Both the position numbers and the translations under genes were made by a program. A stretch of 64,000 nucleotides of DNA from NCBI GenBank assembly GCA_903828565.1, contig CAIKMQ010000028.1, forward strand, positions 4,007-68,006, read 5' to 3'. The notes below the pieces were generated by a model, which saw only the letters and a list, made by a program, of their open reading frames with translations, did not search any database and was not told the origin of the DNA. The stretch is from an uncultured Leptolinea sp. (GTDB lineage: Bacteria; Chloroflexota; Anaerolineae; Anaerolineales; Anaerolineaceae). Shown piece after piece: positions 53,225 through 63,100 of the stretch; within the stretch, counting starts at the first letter, position 1; each line of letters opens with the position of its first letter.

Positions 53225-54223
53225 ATGCTCAATATCTTTTTATACACCGGCGAAAATAAACCTCAGGATGACCTTGTTCATGGTTATATTAGTCATCTGT
53301 ATAATGTAAATGAATTTCGCCTGGTTGAGATCGATATTCAATCAGATCTAGCCGCACATCAAAAATATATAGGTAAAACCCCATATATCGAAGTGGGCCC
53401 CTACCACATTCAACAGCCAAAAAGCTCAGACCCGATCAGGACGATCATACAATCGGCTGGGGAGCGGCAAGCTAGATTGATGACTAATGACCCCGGGTAT
53501 GGAAAACGGGTTGAAGCATCCACCAGGCTAACAAAAAATGACCGGCTGGGATACTGGGCATCCCGTAAGTATATGAACGTGATCATCCTGATACTGGCGA
53601 TCTACCTGGGTTTACCATTTCTGTCGCCTGTTTTGCAAAAGTTGGGTTTCAATTCAGCAGCCAATGTAATTCAATCCATATACCGGCCTCTCTGCCATCA
53701 ATTGGCTTACCGTTCGTGGTTCCTTTTTGGAGAGCAGCCTGCTTATCCACGGAAACTCGCAGACATCGACGGATGGATTACTTATGAAGATGCAACTGGC
53801 CTCGATAGTCACGATCTTCTAGCTGCCAGGGCGCTTACAGGAAATGAAATTCTTGGATATAAGGTAGCTTACTGCGAACGCGATGTGGCGATATATGCAG
53901 GTATGTTGTTTACAGCAGTTTTGTTTGCTTTAACTGGCCGCAGATGGAAAGGGATACCCTGGTATCTATGGCTGGCAATCGGAATTGCTCCATTAGGTCT
54001 GGACGGAGCCAGTCAATTACCGTCCTTACTAAATCTGAATTTACCCTGGCTCTTGGTCAGGGAAAGCACACCTCTCCTGCGAACGATCACCGGCCTGCTT
54101 TTTGGGATCACAACTGCCTGGTTTGGATTGCCGTTATTCGAAGAGACGATGTGGGAGAGCCGACAACAATTGATCAAGAAAATGGCTTTGGTTCGAGCGA
54201 TAGAAGATGAAAAAAGAAAATAA
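53225..54223 (+). CDS. DUF2085 membrane protein with N-terminal Cys-less glutaredoxin-2-like domain
   Basis: 332 aa. The N-terminus LNIFLYTGENKPQDD...RLVEIDIQSDLAAHQKYIGKTPYIEV follows the DUF836/Grx2 pattern, but the CxxC is replaced. The C-terminal part contains RPLCHQL...YCERDVAIYAG within TM helices (DUF2085). Confidence 0.6.
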   Translation: MLNIFLYTGENKPQDDLVHGYISHLYNVNEFRLVEIDIQSDLAAHQKYIGKTPYIEVGPYHIQQPKSSDPIRTIIQSAGERQARLMTNDPGYGKRVEASTRLTKNDRLGYWASRKYMNVIILILAIYLGLPFLSPVLQKLGFNSAANVIQSIYRPLCHQLAYRSWFLFGEQPAYPRKLADIDGWITYEDATGLDSHDLLAARALTGNEILGYKVAYCERDVAIYAGMLFTAVLFALTGRRWKGIPWYLWLAIGIAPLGLDGASQLPSLLNLNLPWLLVRESTPLLRTITGLLFGITTAWFGLPLFEETMWESRQQLIKKMALVRAIEDEKRK

Positions 54224-54995
54224 TGGAGATTTGACTTCTTTTTTGTTCGAAAACCTCGAACAATATTCGGTCTTTTCCCGTGTGATTTCTCGTAAGGGTG
54301 GCTTTTCAGCTATCCCTTTTGATTCCTTGAATCTGGGTGGAACAGTCGGGGATGATCCAAAGCACCTGGCCAGTAATAAAGATATAGTTTGGCGTACTTA
54401 CGGTATAGATCCTGGTAAGGTTTTTGATGCCTGGCAAGTACATGGAACAAGCGTGATTTATACAAAAGAAGGCAGAACTATCGATCAACCCCATCAGAAG
54501 GCAGATATCCTCGTAACCGATGTCGTTGGGCTCACCCTTCTGATGCGATTTGCTGATTGCGTATCAACGGTAATATACGACCCCAAACATCATGCGATTG
54601 GTATTGCCCATGCTGGTTGGCAGGGTACGGTACAAGATGTAGCCGGCACGCTGGTAAAAGCTATGAGTAGTACCTTCGATTCTGAACCGGCTGCGCTCAT
54701 TGCTGGAATTGGCCCAGCTATTTGTATTGATCATTACCAGGTGGGAAAGGAAGTCTTCGACCAATTTAGGGATCTTTCCGTGGTTGATTCTACGAATAGC
54801 CGTGAATTAACCGGGAATGAATTTTACCTTGATCTAAAAAAGATCAATTCAGCTCAACTCAAGCAGGCGGGTGTTCAGAACATAGAAAACTCGAATATTT
54901 GCACTGCCTGTGATGAAGAGCATTGGTTCTCTCATCGCAGGGATAAAGGACGAACAGGTCGCTTTGGTGCATTTATCCAGCTACGGGTGAGGTGA
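54207..54995 (+). CDS. pgeF: peptidoglycan editing factor PgeF / YfiH (DUF152) family protein
   Basis: 262 aa with QVHGTSV, ADILVTD...ADCVSTVIYD, GIAHAGWQGT and C..C....FSHRRD. Confidence 0.82.
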   Translation: MKKENNGDLTSFLFENLEQYSVFSRVISRKGGFSAIPFDSLNLGGTVGDDPKHLASNKDIVWRTYGIDPGKVFDAWQVHGTSVIYTKEGRTIDQPHQKADILVTDVVGLTLLMRFADCVSTVIYDPKHHAIGIAHAGWQGTVQDVAGTLVKAMSSTFDSEPAALIAGIGPAICIDHYQVGKEVFDQFRDLSVVDSTNSRELTGNEFYLDLKKINSAQLKQAGVQNIENSNICTACDEEHWFSHRRDKGRTGRFGAFIQLRVR

Positions 54996-54998
54996 TTG

Positions 54999-55712
54999 AT
55001 GTGGGATGCTGCTGCCCAATACGCCAGGGTTAAAGGACTGATAGAGTCAACCTCTAGGCAGGCAGGACGTGATTTAAATGAGATCACTATCGTCCTGGTG
55101 GCAAAAAACCAGCCCACTGAAAAAATCGCCCAGGTAATTCAAGCTGGGGCAATGGATCTGGCGCAGAATTACCCTGAAAGGATGGAAACCCTTTTTGAGC
55201 ATCTGCCCGATGCAAAGGCACTTAACTGGCACATGATCGGGCATTGTCAATCCAGAAAAGCTGCTCTTGTGGTCAAATATTTTAAATCCATGCATTCGCT
55301 GGATAGCCTCGAACTAGCTGAACGGATCGCTCGGATCGCCCATACAGAAGGAAAGGTATTACCGGTCATGCTTGAGATTAATTTATCTGGCGAAATGACG
55401 AAAAAAGGCTTCAGGGTTACGGATGAAGCTGATTATCAACAGCTATTGATAATTGTGGATGCAATCAGGAGATTTCCAGGATTAGAGCTCGCTGGATTGA
55501 TGACCATGCCGCCTTTCAGCAATGATCCAGAAATAAGCCGGCCGGTTTTCAAGAAATTAAAAGGTTTACAACAAATGATAAATAAGGATATGGGGGATGA
55601 GCGAATCCGCTGGTTATCGATGGGTACCAGCCAGGATTATCTCGTTGCGATCGAAGAGGGTAGCACGCACGTACGCCTTGGCACCTGTGTATTTGGAGAA
55701 AGGAAATTATGA
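54999..55712 (+). CDS. yggS: YggS-family pyridoxal-phosphate homeostasis protein
   Basis: About 237 aa with LVAKNQP (the PLP lysine region), HMIGHCQSRK and LSMGTSQDYLVAIEEGSTHVRLG. Confidence 0.85.
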   Translation: MWDAAAQYARVKGLIESTSRQAGRDLNEITIVLVAKNQPTEKIAQVIQAGAMDLAQNYPERMETLFEHLPDAKALNWHMIGHCQSRKAALVVKYFKSMHSLDSLELAERIARIAHTEGKVLPVMLEINLSGEMTKKGFRVTDEADYQQLLIIVDAIRRFPGLELAGLMTMPPFSNDPEISRPVFKKLKGLQQMINKDMGDERIRWLSMGTSQDYLVAIEEGSTHVRLGTCVFGERKL

Positions 55713-55987
55713 CAACCAGTAATGTTGATATTCTGCTTTGGGTGATCAATAGAATAGAAGATATCCTAATCATCTTAATATTCCTAAATGTATTCTTACC
55801 GTATTTCCTGCATCCAGGCAATCGCATCCGTTCGCTGGTCGATCAGGTGGTAGAGCCAGCATTGAACCAGGTGCGCCGTGTCATACGACCGATCGGGCGT
55901 TTTGATTTCTCACCTCTGGTTTTATTGATCCTGGTTCAGCTTGTTTCATTCGGATTGCAATCCATTATCCGTTCGCTTTTGAGATGA
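55709..55987 (+). CDS. yggT: YggT-family membrane protein
   Basis: 92 aa with two TM helices and the central motif P..R.IRPIGRFDFSPLV. It overlaps yggS by 4 nt. Confidence 0.75.
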   Translation: MTTSNVDILLWVINRIEDILIILIFLNVFLPYFLHPGNRIRSLVDQVVEPALNQVRRVIRPIGRFDFSPLVLLILVQLVSFGLQSIIRSLLR

Positions 55988-56295
55988 CCGCGATCTCCCG
56001 ATTGAGTATCCGAGTACTTCCGAATGCCCATAAGGATGAGGTGGTAGGACAGGATGAAAAGGGATGTTGGAAGATCAAGCTTGCCGCTCCGGCTTTAGAA
56101 GGTAAAGCTAATCAGGCGTTAATTCGCTTTCTATCGGCGGTGAGCGGTGTGTCGGTTTCCAGAATATCTATTGATCGAGGAGAACGAACGAGGGTGAAGG
56201 TTATCCAGATAGTCGGGATCGAACTGGTGGATCTGGAGAAATTATTGGCAGGTGGTATCCAACAGAAAGCAAAATCGACTATCGTGCAAAAATGA
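55984..56295 (+). CDS. DUF167 (YggU) family protein
   Basis: 103 aa with LSIRVLPNAHKDEVVG...KIKLAAPALEGKANQALIRFLS. Confidence 0.75.
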   Translation: MTAISRLSIRVLPNAHKDEVVGQDEKGCWKIKLAAPALEGKANQALIRFLSAVSGVSVSRISIDRGERTRVKVIQIVGIELVDLEKLLAGGIQQKAKSTIVQK

Positions 56296-56977
56296 TCCTG
56301 CCGCAGCCCTGACAAGTCACAATACTGCCACCATGCGTTTGCTGAATTTCGGACTTTGAAATATCCGCACCACAAGTTCCGCAGCTGTCATCTTTAACTT
56401 CTGTCACTGCTATCCCGGATTTGGCTTTGCGGAGAGAAGTGTAAGTGGTCTGGACATCCTGAGGCAAAGTTTCCCAGAGAGATGACCTTTGGGATTGATA
56501 ATTACCCAGCTCCTGCTTGTGAATCGCGGTCTCCTCGGCTAATTGAATAAGAAACTGACTGCGTTGATCAGTATGGAGTTCAATTTCAGCAGCCAGCTGA
56601 GTTTCTACGCTTTTTGTCTCTTCTAATTTGACCATCAAAGACATTAGTTGTTCTTCAAAAATCGGGATCTGTTCTTTCAGATGAGCATTCTCCGATTGTA
56701 GTTCCTGTAGTTCTTTAGAACTACTGATCTTACCCCCATATAAGGCACTGTCATTTTGGCTGTACTTGATCTGCCGGTTGGTAATCTCACGGGTAACTTT
56801 AGTTAATTCAGTGTTTATCGCCTCAATGCTACTGCGGACGCTCGCGACTTTAAGCAAGAGTTGTACCCCTTCAGGATCTGTGGACATCTTGTTCCGAAGA
56901 TTTTCAAGCACGCGATTGATCCGAACTATGGAGTTGTCAATAAGTTGGAGTTCATGCAGACTGATGATTATATTCAT
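56279..56977 (-). CDS. coiled-coil protein with C-terminal C4 zinc ribbon (COG1579-like)
   Basis: 232 aa. Long heptad-like helices are followed by CGTCGADIS...CQGCGRI. Confidence 0.65.
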   Translation of the reverse strand: MNIIISLHELQLIDNSIVRINRVLENLRNKMSTDPEGVQLLLKVASVRSSIEAINTELTKVTREITNRQIKYSQNDSALYGGKISSSKELQELQSENAHLKEQIPIFEEQLMSLMVKLEETKSVETQLAAEIELHTDQRSQFLIQLAEETAIHKQELGNYQSQRSSLWETLPQDVQTTYTSLRKAKSGIAVTEVKDDSCGTCGADISKSEIQQTHGGSIVTCQGCGRIIFAR

Positions 56978-57092
56978 ATGTGAATTATAGAGGATATATG
57001 CTTGCTGAGAAAACCAATACGGATCCCGCAGGATTCAGTATTTCAGCGGAATGCTCACCAGGCTGATAAATAATAGCCCGATAAGCCCTGCA

Positions 57093-57101
57093 TGGTATAA
57101 T
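57093..57101 (+). promoter_or_regulatory. extended -10 promoter (TGGTATAAT) upstream of mreB
   Basis: TGgTATAAT ends 37 nt before the TTG start at 57139, and GAGGAG sits at the RBS position. Confidence 0.45.
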
Positions 57102-57138
57102 ATTTCGGATATGTTAATAAAACAACGAGGAGTTTACT

Positions 57139-58200
57139 TTGGCATTTAATCCTCTCAATTGGCTTCTGGGTTTCTTATCTCTGGATATTGGCATAGACTT
57201 AGGTACAGCCAACACCCTGGTGAATGTTAAGGGAAAAGGGATCGTTATCAATGAGCCATCCTGGGTAGCAATAGATAAAAAAACACGTAAACCTTTGGCG
57301 ATCGGTTCTAAAGCAAAGGAAATGGTAGGCAGAACACCCGCCAATGTGTTGACCATCCGTCCTTTACGAGATGGCGTAATTTCCGAGTTTGAGATTACTC
57401 AGGCAATGCTGGAATATTTTATCGGCAAAGCTCACCAGCAAAGTATCGTTCCTCTCCCCAGCCCGCGGGTAGTCATTGGCATTCCATCGGGTGCAACGGA
57501 AGTAGAGAAACGAGCTGTTTATGATGCAGCCAGATCTGCTGGTGCCCGGGAAGCATATTTGATCGAGGAACCATCCGCAGCGGCTATCGGTGCCGGCCTG
57601 CCGGTTCTGGATATTAAGGGAAGCATGATCGTTGATATCGGAGGTGGGACGACAGAGGTGGCAGTGATAGCTATGGGTGGAATCATTGTTTCACGCTCAT
57701 TGCGCGTAGCCGGCGATGAAATGGATCAGGATATCATCACCTATCTGCGAAATAAATACAACTTGCTGATCGGAGAGTTAAAAGCCGAGCAAGTAAAAAT
57801 GGAGATCGGTTCAGCATATCCGCTACCTATAGAAAAGACAATCGCTATTCGTGGAAGAAACTTGATCACCGGGTTACCTGAAACGATGGATATTTCCTCC
57901 GTAGAGATCCGTGAAGGCGTATCCAATTCTGTCAGGGTGATTATTGACACGATCAAAGATGCCTTGGATGAAGTACCCCCTGAGATTGTGGCTGACCTAA
58001 TGGAAACGGGTATTTGCCTGGCTGGTGGAGGTTCACAATTAAAAGGCCTGGCTGAGCGACTAAGTGATGAACTTAAGTTGAGGGTATGGATCGCAGAAGA
58101 TCCTATGACTTGCGTTGCACGTGGCGCTGGTATTGTTTATGACGATATGGATAACTTGAGCCGCTTTTTGGTCGGACTTGAACGAATCAGTTCAAAATAA
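57139..58200 (+). CDS. mreB: rod-shape-determining actin homologue MreB
   Basis: 353 aa with a TTG start. It contains DIGIDLGTANTLV, EPSAAAIGAG, IVDIGGGTTEVAV and LAGGGSQLKGL. Confidence 0.95.
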   Translation: MAFNPLNWLLGFLSLDIGIDLGTANTLVNVKGKGIVINEPSWVAIDKKTRKPLAIGSKAKEMVGRTPANVLTIRPLRDGVISEFEITQAMLEYFIGKAHQQSIVPLPSPRVVIGIPSGATEVEKRAVYDAARSAGAREAYLIEEPSAAAIGAGLPVLDIKGSMIVDIGGGTTEVAVIAMGGIIVSRSLRVAGDEMDQDIITYLRNKYNLLIGELKAEQVKMEIGSAYPLPIEKTIAIRGRNLITGLPETMDISSVEIREGVSNSVRVIIDTIKDALDEVPPEIVADLMETGICLAGGGSQLKGLAERLSDELKLRVWIAEDPMTCVARGAGIVYDDMDNLSRFLVGLERISSK

Positions 58201-58222
58201 GCGTGAGGAATGACAATAAAAA

Positions 58223-59056
58223 ATGAAATTACTTGACCCCCGGATGATGCGGGTAGGTTTGGTTGTAATAGTAATTGTTGGAGTCCTCCTGCTAACTTTG
58301 AGCGGCTATCTTACGCCTGCTTTCGATTCTGCCACAAGGCCGATTATTGGTGTTCAAGGATGGATCTCTACCCGTTTTCTTGCACTGAAAGATCTGCTCA
58401 CTCTTCCACGTGATGTTGCCAGTTTACGACAACGGAATGCTGAGTTGGAAGGTGAAGTATCCCGGCTAAACACAGATGTGATCACTTATCAGCAGCAGCT
58501 AAAAGAGGCACAGGTTCTCTATGCTTTACTGGATTTTGCGCGCACAAGCCCTGAAAACCAGTATATAGCCTGTTCTGTGATCGGGCGTGATCCCAGCCCA
58601 TTTTTACAGTATATTATTATTGATCATGGCTCCGATCAAGGTATAAAATTTGGTATGCCGGTAGTTACAGAGAACGGACTCGTAGGTACCGTGGATGCCG
58701 TGACCGCAGGTGCCTCCCGGATACAATTGATCACAGACCCGGCATCCGTTGTCAATATTCAATTGGAAAACAGCGGAACTGAAGCTACGATCACAGGCTC
58801 CATCACAGGAGAGATCCAACTTTCCATGCTCCCACAAGACGTGACTGTTCAGAATGGTGACATCATCCTAACTTCCGGGCTTGGTGGTAAATATCCATCC
58901 AGTATCATGGTCGGACAGGTCAATAGTGTGACAAAACAGGTGAACAGCCTCTTTCAGCAGGCAACGATGCAACCGTCGGTGGATTTTTCAAATTTAACTG
59001 TTGTACTTGTGATTACGAACTTCCGGCCGCTGGACATTAAACCGTTGATCCCATAA
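58223..59056 (+). CDS. mreC: rod-shape-determining protein MreC
   Basis: 277 aa with an N-terminal TM helix, a coiled coil (LRQRNAELEGEVSRL) and beta-barrel domains (GMPVVTENGLVGTV, ILTSGLGGKYP). Confidence 0.88.
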   Translation: MKLLDPRMMRVGLVVIVIVGVLLLTLSGYLTPAFDSATRPIIGVQGWISTRFLALKDLLTLPRDVASLRQRNAELEGEVSRLNTDVITYQQQLKEAQVLYALLDFARTSPENQYIACSVIGRDPSPFLQYIIIDHGSDQGIKFGMPVVTENGLVGTVDAVTAGASRIQLITDPASVVNIQLENSGTEATITGSITGEIQLSMLPQDVTVQNGDIILTSGLGGKYPSSIMVGQVNSVTKQVNSLFQQATMQPSVDFSNLTVVLVITNFRPLDIKPLIP

Positions 59057-59057
59057 A

Positions 59058-59555
59058 GTGATTGCCTTACTTGGAATACCCCTTGTAATCCTTCTGGTGA
59101 TCATCCAGACATCAGTCATCAGCCGACTTGACATTTCCTACGGGATGATCGATCTTGTGCTGGTAACCTTGATCGCTATAGGTATCCACCCGAGATCTAA
59201 GCATATAGTTTACTGGTTTTTACTAGCCGGGTTCCTATTGGCTATCATCAGTCCGGTGCGGTTGATGTACCCATTATTTCCTTATGCGGTTACAGGGATC
59301 CTGGTTGAGTACCTTCGTAAAAGGATCTGGCGAATACCTCTGTTGCTTATGGCAATCCTAACGTTTCTTGGTTCCATAATGCAACAGTTAGCGGCATATA
59401 TCACGATATACTTTACTCAGGCACAGTTACCTTTTATGGATAGCCTCTTGCAGGTTTCGTTACCGAGTATTACATTGAATATCCTAGTTAGTATTCCTGC
59501 ATATCTGGTAATTAAAGATTGGGGAGATACACTGTCTCCGCAGGAGGTTGAGTGA
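59058..59555 (+). CDS. mreD: rod-shape-determining protein MreD
   Basis: 165 aa with a GTG start 1 nt after mreC. It has five hydrophobic helices. The call rests on position and size. Confidence 0.7.
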   Translation: MIALLGIPLVILLVIIQTSVISRLDISYGMIDLVLVTLIAIGIHPRSKHIVYWFLLAGFLLAIISPVRLMYPLFPYAVTGILVEYLRKRIWRIPLLLMAILTFLGSIMQQLAAYITIYFTQAQLPFMDSLLQVSLPSITLNILVSIPAYLVIKDWGDTLSPQEVE

Positions 59556-61603
59556 ACAAGCAGTCTAGGATCGGCCATTTTGAATCTTGGCGGTTACTTA
59601 CGTTTTATGGAATGATGATCATTGTGTTTTCAGTGATCATATACCGTTTATTCGATTTACAGATCATACAAGGCACGGACTATCTCCTCATGGCAGATGA
59701 GAATCGTCTTTCAGTGAAAAACGAACCTGCATCCAGAGGAAATATCTACGATCGAAATGGTCTTTTGTTGGCAGGAAACATCCCATCTTACAACATTTCT
59801 ATTACACCGGCTAACCTACCTGAAGATGAAGGGAGTATGCAGCAGATATTCCGGGAACTATCCCAGATCGTTGGGGTGCCAGTATCCAATAATGAGGTCA
59901 ATGACGAAACTGTGCGCGCCTTCACGCCATGTTATACAGATTTCGGAATTACAGAGATCGTGGAGATCGGTCTGACCAATGCCCCTTATACTCCCATCCA
60001 GATCAAATGTGATGTTCCCGAAGAGATCGCAATGACCGTAAAGGGTAGAGAAAGCAATTGGCCGGGAGTGTCGGTTGAGATCACTCCTATCAGGGACTAT
60101 CCGACGGGAAATCTGACATCTGAAGTCATTGGCTTTCTTGGGCCAATTCCAGCAATTTATGAAGCCGATTATACTGAAAAAGGGTTCGTCCCAGGCAGGG
60201 ATAAAGTAGGTTATGCAGGTGTTGAAGCTACTATGCAAGATATCCTGGCGGGTACAAATGGTCAGCGTCTGGTAGAAGTCGATGTGGCAGGACAGGAGAT
60301 TAGGAATATTGAAGAGCCCAAAGATGCTGTTCCTGGCAACAACATCCAATTAACGATCGATACCCGCTTACAGCTTGCAGCACGAACTGCATTGTTGGAA
60401 GAGATCGATTTTTGGAACCGCTGGACTGGCACCACATTCTCCTCCAATGGTGTTGTAATCGCCGTGAACCCAAAAACCGGCGAAATATTAGCCATGGTTA
60501 GCTATCCGAATTACGAAAATAACCGCATGGCGCGGATTATTCCCGGGTATTACTATGCCCAGCTATCTACAGATCCCAATAGACCGCTTTTTAATCATGC
60601 AATTTCAGCGGAACACCCACCAGGATCAGTGTTTAAAATGGCAGCCGCAACCGGAGCGCTTAATGAAGGTGTGGTGACAGCTGAGAAAGAGATCTATGAC
60701 CCTGGAAAGATCACAATTCTACAAAAGTTCTATGAAAATGATCCCGGTGTTCCGAAAGATTATGTTTGCTGGAATCACAGCGGTCATGGGATTGTAGATT
60801 TTGTTCACGGTATTGCCTTGTCTTGTGATGTCTACTTTTATAAAATTGGCGGTGGATATCCTGGAGAGGTGGATGATGGCGGACTGGGTATCTGGCGTAT
60901 CGGTGAATATGCTCGCGCGCTCGGATATGGCCAAATCCTCGGTATCGAACTGCCTGGTGAAGCAGAAGGATTAATTCCGGATCCTACATGGAAACGCATC
61001 AATGTTGGAGAGAACTGGTCAACGGGGGATACTTATATTGGAACTATGGGTCAGGGATTTGTGCTAGCAACTCCTTTGCAGGTACTCATGTCGATTGCTA
61101 CACTTGCAAATGACGGCAAGTTGATGCGCCCGACAATCATCCATGAAATACTGGATAATCAGGGGAATGTTATTAAACCATTCGAACCCGAAATGATCCA
61201 TGATATCACTGTGGACCCAGTGATCAACAAGTATGTGGATAATGTTCCAACGGGTGAAAAAATCACTGTGCAGCCGTATGTTATTGAGAAAGTACAGGAA
61301 GGGATGCGCATGGTGGTGACCGAAGGAACAGTGAAGAAAGAATTTACGGGAGTTACGATCCCAACTGCAGGGAAAACAGGAACAGCAGAATACTGTGATG
61401 ATATTGCCCAAGCGCAAAATCGTTGCCAGCCTGGAGCTTGGCCAGCCCATGCCTGGTATGTTGGGTATGCTCCTTATGAGAACCCCGAGATCGCGGTTAT
61501 CGCATTCGTTTATGGTGGAACTGAAGGATCCCAGGTTGCCGGACCGATCGTCAGGGAAGTGATAAAGGCATACTTCAATCTTAAGACAGGCGCGACGCCT
61601 TAA
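59552..61603 (+). CDS. mrdA: penicillin-binding protein 2 (elongasome class B transpeptidase)
   Basis: 683 aa with an N-terminal TM helix, a dimerisation domain, SxxK (GSVFK) and KTGT (AGKTGTAEY). It overlaps mreD by 4 nt. Confidence 0.9.
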   Translation: MNKQSRIGHFESWRLLTFYGMMIIVFSVIIYRLFDLQIIQGTDYLLMADENRLSVKNEPASRGNIYDRNGLLLAGNIPSYNISITPANLPEDEGSMQQIFRELSQIVGVPVSNNEVNDETVRAFTPCYTDFGITEIVEIGLTNAPYTPIQIKCDVPEEIAMTVKGRESNWPGVSVEITPIRDYPTGNLTSEVIGFLGPIPAIYEADYTEKGFVPGRDKVGYAGVEATMQDILAGTNGQRLVEVDVAGQEIRNIEEPKDAVPGNNIQLTIDTRLQLAARTALLEEIDFWNRWTGTTFSSNGVVIAVNPKTGEILAMVSYPNYENNRMARIIPGYYYAQLSTDPNRPLFNHAISAEHPPGSVFKMAAATGALNEGVVTAEKEIYDPGKITILQKFYENDPGVPKDYVCWNHSGHGIVDFVHGIALSCDVYFYKIGGGYPGEVDDGGLGIWRIGEYARALGYGQILGIELPGEAEGLIPDPTWKRINVGENWSTGDTYIGTMGQGFVLATPLQVLMSIATLANDGKLMRPTIIHEILDNQGNVIKPFEPEMIHDITVDPVINKYVDNVPTGEKITVQPYVIEKVQEGMRMVVTEGTVKKEFTGVTIPTAGKTGTAEYCDDIAQAQNRCQPGAWPAHAWYVGYAPYENPEIAVIAFVYGGTEGSQVAGPIVREVIKAYFNLKTGATP

Positions 61604-61616
61604 AAGGGAGGTCAGG

Positions 61617-62291
61617 ATGACTTCAAAGGAGTTATTCACGGTCAAAGGTGTTGGCGAGCGATTACTGTTCACCTGCCTTGGTCCTACCTGGATCGAGAGC
61701 TGGCAGGCTATTCAAGTTTATATTTCTGAGAATAAGACATTTTTACATAATGCCATAATAATTATCGATCTACGGGATCTGGAAATCCGCTCCGCAGATT
61801 TGTTCAACGCCCGTGATTTCTGTTATGAGCATCAAATAACGATATCCGCTATTTACGCTAAAAACCATGAAACCAACCAGGCAGCAGCATTGCTTGGCAT
61901 ACCAACCCAGCATTCAGAGAAAGAAACAGCAACTGGTCTCAAGTTATCCAACCAGGCGATGGACAAAGCTGTATTGATCCATAGAACCCTACGCTCAGGT
62001 ACCCTGGTCGATGTAAACTGTGATATTGTTGTTTTTGGTGATGTTCACTCCGGGGCTGTCATTCGGTCAGATAAAAATATCATTATCTGGGGTAAATTAA
62101 TGGGTGAAGCGCATGCCGGCAGGTCCGGGGACGCATCGGCTGTTATATGTGCGCTGGAACTGATTCCGGCCGGATTGAAGATCGCAGGTATACCATTTGA
62201 TTCAACGAAACGTAAACCAAAAGAACCGGAAGTTGCCATACTGGAAGAAAATGCGGTTAAAATCATTTCATGGATGAAGATCACTTACTGA
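61617..62291 (+). CDS. minC: septum site-determining protein MinC
   Basis: 224 aa with a C-terminal beta-helix segment (RSGTLVDVNCDIVVFGDVHSGAVIRSDKNIIIWGKLMGEAHAG). Confidence 0.8.
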   Translation: MTSKELFTVKGVGERLLFTCLGPTWIESWQAIQVYISENKTFLHNAIIIIDLRDLEIRSADLFNARDFCYEHQITISAIYAKNHETNQAAALLGIPTQHSEKETATGLKLSNQAMDKAVLIHRTLRSGTLVDVNCDIVVFGDVHSGAVIRSDKNIIIWGKLMGEAHAGRSGDASAVICALELIPAGLKIAGIPFDSTKRKPKEPEVAILEENAVKIISWMKITY

Positions 62292-62299
62292 GGGAGTAT

Positions 62300-63091
62300 A
62301 TGGGAGCAAAAGTAGTCACAATAACATCAGGTAAAGGTGGGGTAGGCAAAACCACGACAACAGCCAATTTGGCAGTGGCTCTTGCCTCACTTGGATATAA
62401 AGTCACCTGCATGGATTCAGATATCGGCTTGAGAAACCTGGATGTTGTGTTGGGTCTAGAGAATCGGATCGTCTATGATCTCGTCGATGTTGTTGAAGGC
62501 AGGTGCCGTATTCGGCAGGCAATGATTCGAGATAAGAAATTTCCGGAACTTTACCTCATCCCAGCTGCGCAAACCCGCGATAAAAGCGCAGTTTCCCCGA
62601 GCGATATGATCCGTCTTTGCGATGAATTAAAACCGGACATGGACTGGGTAATCATCGATTCCCCCGCAGGCATAGAACGTGGCTTTAAAAATGCTATCGC
62701 TCCAGCCGATGTGGTTTTGGTCATCACCAATCCGGAAGTATCTGCCGTACGTGATGCGGACCGGATCATAGGATTGATCGAAGCTGAACAAAAAGGTCCG
62801 GCCCACCTCATAATCAATCGCCTGAATCCAGCGCTGGTCAAAAAAGGTGACATGCTGACCGCCGAGGACGTGGTCAATCTGCTCGCGATCGATCTTCTCG
62901 GGATCGTCCCAGAAGACGAAAATGTTGTGGCCAGCACGAACCGTGGTACGCCTATCGTGCTGGAAACGCATTCGAAAGCCGGGCAGGCCTTCATGAACAT
63001 TGCCAAAAGATTGAATGGCGATGAAATTCCACTGATGAACCTGGATGGCAAGGGAAACATCTTCTCCATTTTTGGGAAACGGACGAAGTAG
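62300..63091 (+). CDS. minD: septum site-determining ATPase MinD
   Basis: The start is set at ATG 62300, after GAGGGAG. It has the deviant Walker A SGKGGVGKTT, IIDSPAGIE and a C-terminal amphipathic helix (IFSIFGKR). Confidence 0.93.
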   Translation: MGAKVVTITSGKGGVGKTTTTANLAVALASLGYKVTCMDSDIGLRNLDVVLGLENRIVYDLVDVVEGRCRIRQAMIRDKKFPELYLIPAAQTRDKSAVSPSDMIRLCDELKPDMDWVIIDSPAGIERGFKNAIAPADVVLVITNPEVSAVRDADRIIGLIEAEQKGPAHLIINRLNPALVKKGDMLTAEDVVNLLAIDLLGIVPEDENVVASTNRGTPIVLETHSKAGQAFMNIAKRLNGDEIPLMNLDGKGNIFSIFGKRTK

Positions 63092-63100
63092 GAGGACAGG

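Noticed and set aside
59858-61672. Minus-strand ORFs of 163 and 202 aa inside pbp2.
   Set aside because: They are antisense to a PBP with intact SxxK and KTGT motifs and show no motifs of their own.
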